A DNA stretch of 64,000 nucleotides from Squalus acanthias. Its lineage: Eukaryota. Each line of letters begins with the position of its first letter. Position 1 is the stretch's first letter. Location of the stretch: contig JASTWF010000093.1 of the NCBI GenBank assembly GCA_030390025.1, forward strand, positions 372,001-436,000. The letters are read 5' to 3'. Position numbers and translations under genes: made by a program. Positions 60,669-64,000 of this stretch are shown here, one piece after another. The notes beneath the pieces are model-generated. The model did no database searches. It saw only the letters and a program-made list of their open reading frames with translations, and had not been told where the DNA came from.

Positions 60669-62822
60669 CTAACGGAGGGGAGGGAGCGCGGTCACTGACG
60701 ACCGCCACTCCCTCAGCAGCCCAGTGTGGAAACTCTTGAGCCGACGCAGCTCGAGCCGGCCAACGTCCTTGTCCGCGCCCATGATTTTAACGGCGGCGCG
60801 GACGGACACGACGAGCAGCGCCAGCTCCGACCACTTGTCGAGGGCCAGCCGGATCTTCTTGTGACGACCCTGGCTCACGGCCATAAAATCCCGGAGTTCC
60901 CCTACGGGGATGAGGGGAGAGTCGGTGAAGGGCACGAGGGCGTCCATCACCTCGCTGCCGATGGACTCCAAATCGTCCTCGATGCCCACCACCGAGTCCC
61001 CGTCCTCCTCCGGGAGTTCGTCACCGGCGGCCAACCCGTCCGTCACACAGGGTGCAGCGAACGGCTCGGCCGCACCGGCCGGCCCCGCCTCCGTCACGAT
61101 CCCACCCCCAGGATCGGTGGCAGAGGAGTCCACCCTGGGCTCTTTCAGGGGCGCCGGGCCGGGAGGCGGCGGCGGTTCGGGGCCCCCCCCCGCCTCAGGC
61201 GCCGGAGCGACCGGAGAAACCAGGGAGAAAATAATCTCAAATTCCTCCAGTACGTCCGGCGCCAACATCAGAGACGGAGTCAGGGGGCTTTCTGTCTCCC
61301 CGCCACCAACCTCCGACCCAGCGGGCTGGGGATTGCTACACTCCTCCACCAGGTCGAGCAGTCCCTGGGAGATGTCTGGGTTATAAAAGGCGGGCTCGGC
61401 TTCAGCCTCTTTGGCCTCGCCCGCCCCAGTCCCCAGGACGCCCGACCCGGCGAGGAGCAACGGTTCAGGTTCTACATTTCCCTCCGCGGGTTGTTCCGCG
61501 CCCCCCCCCACGGGCAGGGTCTCTTCCCCATCCCCGGGAGGCACAGGTCGGACAGACTCGGCTGTCTCACCCTCCCGAGGGACAGACGACCCCTGCCGAT
61601 CGCGCGCGACGATGACGGTGGTGGGGTGGGGCGCAGCACCCGCGGCGGGCGACTGCCCCCCTTTTGCGGAGGGACCTTCCTCCTCGCAGTCCTCCTGCTG
61701 GGGGCGGAGCTTTCTTTTTAACAAGTTGGGGCCCGGAGAGGGGGAGGCCTCCATGTCTGCTGGGGCCTCCCTCTCTGCCCCCTTCCGACGACTGGGTTTC
61801 TTGGGCCCCTCGGGCCCGAGCCCGGCCGCAGGTCTTGATTCAGCTGCCTCAGCAGTTGCGGTCACGGTCACGGGCCCGGGCACGAGGACCCCCCCAGTCT
61901 CATGCGTCCCGACCAACTCCGCGATGTACTCGGGCGTGAGTTCGGTCAACTCTGATGTTTCCTCCGCGAGGGGATCCGCCCTTAGGTGTTTATTTTTCCT
62001 ACGCGCCTTCCTTCCCCCCGGACGCTCTCCCTCCTCCCCGCCGGAGGCCGTGGTGGTGTTGGCCTCCGATTTCGACCGCGCATCCGTCGCCGTCGACGCG
62101 CGGACAGTATCAGGGGGAGGGGGGGCGGCGGCGCCAACCCTGGCCGCGCCAGGTGTCGTGGCGGCCTTGGAGGCGGGGCAGTTTTTGCGGACGTGCCCCA
62201 CCTCCTTACAGGCGTAGCACCGCACGCCGTCCGAGGTCCAGAAGACGCGGTGGGCGGTCCCCCCGTGGAGCACCGTGAACGCGCCATCCGCGTCCTCCTC
62301 CCGCGCCAGCCGGACGAAAAGCTGGCGCCGGAAGGAGAAGACGTGCCGAAGGCTGGCTTCCCGGAAGCCGAGCGGGATGGGTGTGATCCCCGACCTCACC
62401 TCCCCCAGTTGACGTAGGTGGGGGAGGAGGAGCTCACCCGGAACAAAGGGCGGGACGTTGGAAACCACAATCCTTTGCGCGGTGGCCTCAAGGGGGTCCA
62501 CCGGCAGGAAGGTCCCGCCCACGGTGAGCCCCTTCTCGATGGCCAGGGACACCGCCCGCTCCGACCCCAGGAAGAACACAGCCTTGCCGTACATTTTAGA
62601 GGCGGCGACGATGGCTGAAGGGCCGACAACCCCAGCCATGGCTTTAACGCACGCCTCTATTGTCATGTTGGGGTGAGTGTAGCTCTTGACCCCATTCTTC
62701 CTCGTAAGGAGGGTAAAAGGTGACGGGGTAACAGGAGGACTCGTGGCTGCGGCCGTGGCCGCGGCTGCCACGCTCGCATACGTCCTCGCTGCCCCCGCCA
62801 CCGACGAAGATGTACTCGCCAT
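60669..62822 (-). CDS. Tx1 ORF1, 717 aa from MASTSS
   Basis: Uninterrupted; CCHC knuckle; long acidic disordered C-half. Confidence 0.93.
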   Translation of the reverse strand: MASTSSSVAGAARTYASVAAAATAAATSPPVTPSPFTLLTRKNGVKSYTHPNMTIEACVKAMAGVVGPSAIVAASKMYGKAVFFLGSERAVSLAIEKGLTVGGTFLPVDPLEATAQRIVVSNVPPFVPGELLLPHLRQLGEVRSGITPIPLGFREASLRHVFSFRRQLFVRLAREEDADGAFTVLHGGTAHRVFWTSDGVRCYACKEVGHVRKNCPASKAATTPGAARVGAAAPPPPDTVRASTATDARSKSEANTTTASGGEEGERPGGRKARRKNKHLRADPLAEETSELTELTPEYIAELVGTHETGGVLVPGPVTVTATAEAAESRPAAGLGPEGPKKPSRRKGAEREAPADMEASPSPGPNLLKRKLRPQQEDCEEEGPSAKGGQSPAAGAAPHPTTVIVARDRQGSSVPREGETAESVRPVPPGDGEETLPVGGGAEQPAEGNVEPEPLLLAGSGVLGTGAGEAKEAEAEPAFYNPDISQGLLDLVEECSNPQPAGSEVGGGETESPLTPSLMLAPDVLEEFEIIFSLVSPVAPAPEAGGGPEPPPPPGPAPLKEPRVDSSATDPGGGIVTEAGPAGAAEPFAAPCVTDGLAAGDELPEEDGDSVVGIEDDLESIGSEVMDALVPFTDSPLIPVGELRDFMAVSQGRHKKIRLALDKWSELALLVVSVRAAVKIMGADKDVGRLELRRLKSFHTGLLREWRSSVTALPPLR

Positions 62823-64000
62823 AATGGAGGGTTCTTTAAGGGCTACACTCACCCCAAGTCACAGGCCTGAAGGTGTTAATGGCCTCGGTTTTTTTTTTCT
62901 GTTTTCCCCTGAGCAGAGGGAGCTCTTAAATTGAAGGCACACCTCTCCCTTTATATGAATTAATTGGGAGAGGGGCCTTCTCCCCTCTGCTCAATGGGTA
63001 CTTAAAAATAGATTGAGGTGCCTCTTAGAGAGAGAGGCAGAGAGAGACAAGAGACAAAGAGAGAGAGAGAGAGGGGGGGTGGGAAGGAGGGAAGCCGCAA
63101 GGGCAGGGTCGCCACTCAGGATGGTGGGTGGGTGGGTGTTGGCAGGGGGGTGCACTCTCCGATGTAATAAAAGTCTTTGGTGGTGGTCTTCTGGTGGGGG
63201 GAGAAGATGTCTTCACCTGGGATAGCTGGAGATGCCCAGGCTCAGTCCTGCACCAGGTCTTAACGATGCCCAATAAGATTAAATTAATTGGGGACTTCAC
63301 CTAGGCAGCTCCAGCTGTCCCAGGTCAGGCAATGGGAAAGGGGTGTTTAATATGGTGTGTGCGGCCTAGCTTTTACAGAAGCCACACACACACACCCCCC
63401 CTTAGATGTTCCGGCCCTCTTCTTTTCTTCTTTCCTCCCCCCACCTACAAAACAAAGTCTCTGGGAGAGTGCACCAGAATCACACCCACCTGTAGCTGTT
63501 GTTCTTTCCTTCCTTCCTCCTTCCAAACAGATGATGTTTGTTGTTGGTGTTTTCTCCCCTCTCTCCCTCTCCTAAAATGGAGGCCAATTGAGGAGGCAGT
63601 GTGGAAAGGCCTCTCCTCTGTTGTTAATGGCCTTGGCCTTCCTTTCTTATCTTTCTCCTCTCCTGTCCTCTCTCTCCAGGCACCTCAGTTGTGGTTGTGG
63701 ATGTGTTGGTGGTGGTCTGCTGTCTGGTCTCCTTCTCCTTCTCCTCTTCCTGCTCACAGAGACCACCACTCTGCTGCTGCTGCTGCTCCTCAGTCAGCAG
63801 CTCCGAAAGCTTGTGATTTCAAATAAAGCTGTTGGACTATCACCTGGTGTTGTGCGACTTCTCAGATTTTTAAATGTGATAAGGGTCTCTGCCTCTACCA
63901 CCCTTTCAGGCAGTGAGTTCCAGACCCCCACCACCCTCTGGCTGAAATGATTTCTCCTCAAATCCCCTCTAAATGTCTGACCAAATACTTTAAATCTATG

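Larger units (their letters stand above)
56677..63799 (-). mobile_element. Full-length Tx1-clade retrotransposon, copy R, both ORFs intact
   Basis: 53-bp duplication 56624-56676 / 63800-63852 (1 mismatch). Confidence 0.95.
48590..63866. mobile_element. Penelope-derived element with inverted terminal repeats carrying two Tx1 insertions; 14-bp TSD
   Basis: tttttaaatgtgat at 48576 and 63867; Penelope terminal sequence at both ends in inverted orientation. Confidence 0.88.

Noticed and set aside
49800-62700. Dozens of overlapping and antisense ORFs
   Set aside because: Shadow frames of GC-rich Tx1 coding sequence, mirrored in both copies

Overview
Repeat-dense vertebrate DNA. The CR1, Deu-type SINE and Penelope content suggests a cartilaginous fish (inference). 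Host genes: (i) a CD276/B7-H3-like gene (9263-15071) with clean splice sites, two in-frame stops and a cysteine-less IgC domain; (ii) an intronless MROH1-like pseudogene (45875-48240, minus). Positions 1-5881 are duplicated at about 29149-33840. Three structures stand out. First, a 15.3-kb near-palindrome (48590-63866): a Penelope-derived element with inverted ends sits in a CR1 tail with a 14-bp TSD, and a full-length Tx1 retrotransposon occupies the same site in each end, with 52/53-bp duplications that stop inside a hammerhead ribozyme motif. Second, a pol-less LTR element (gag, in-frame TGA, ORF-X, env, 1.6-kb LTR) whose intact 783-aa Env has an Ig V-like domain ahead of a furin-cleaved class I fusion region. 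Third, a 3-kb array just upstream of the B7 promoter that looks like serial retroelement 3' ends inserted into a short motif identical to the Tx1 pre-ORF1 sequence. All family assignments are by motif recognition; no searches were run and repeat boundaries are approximate.
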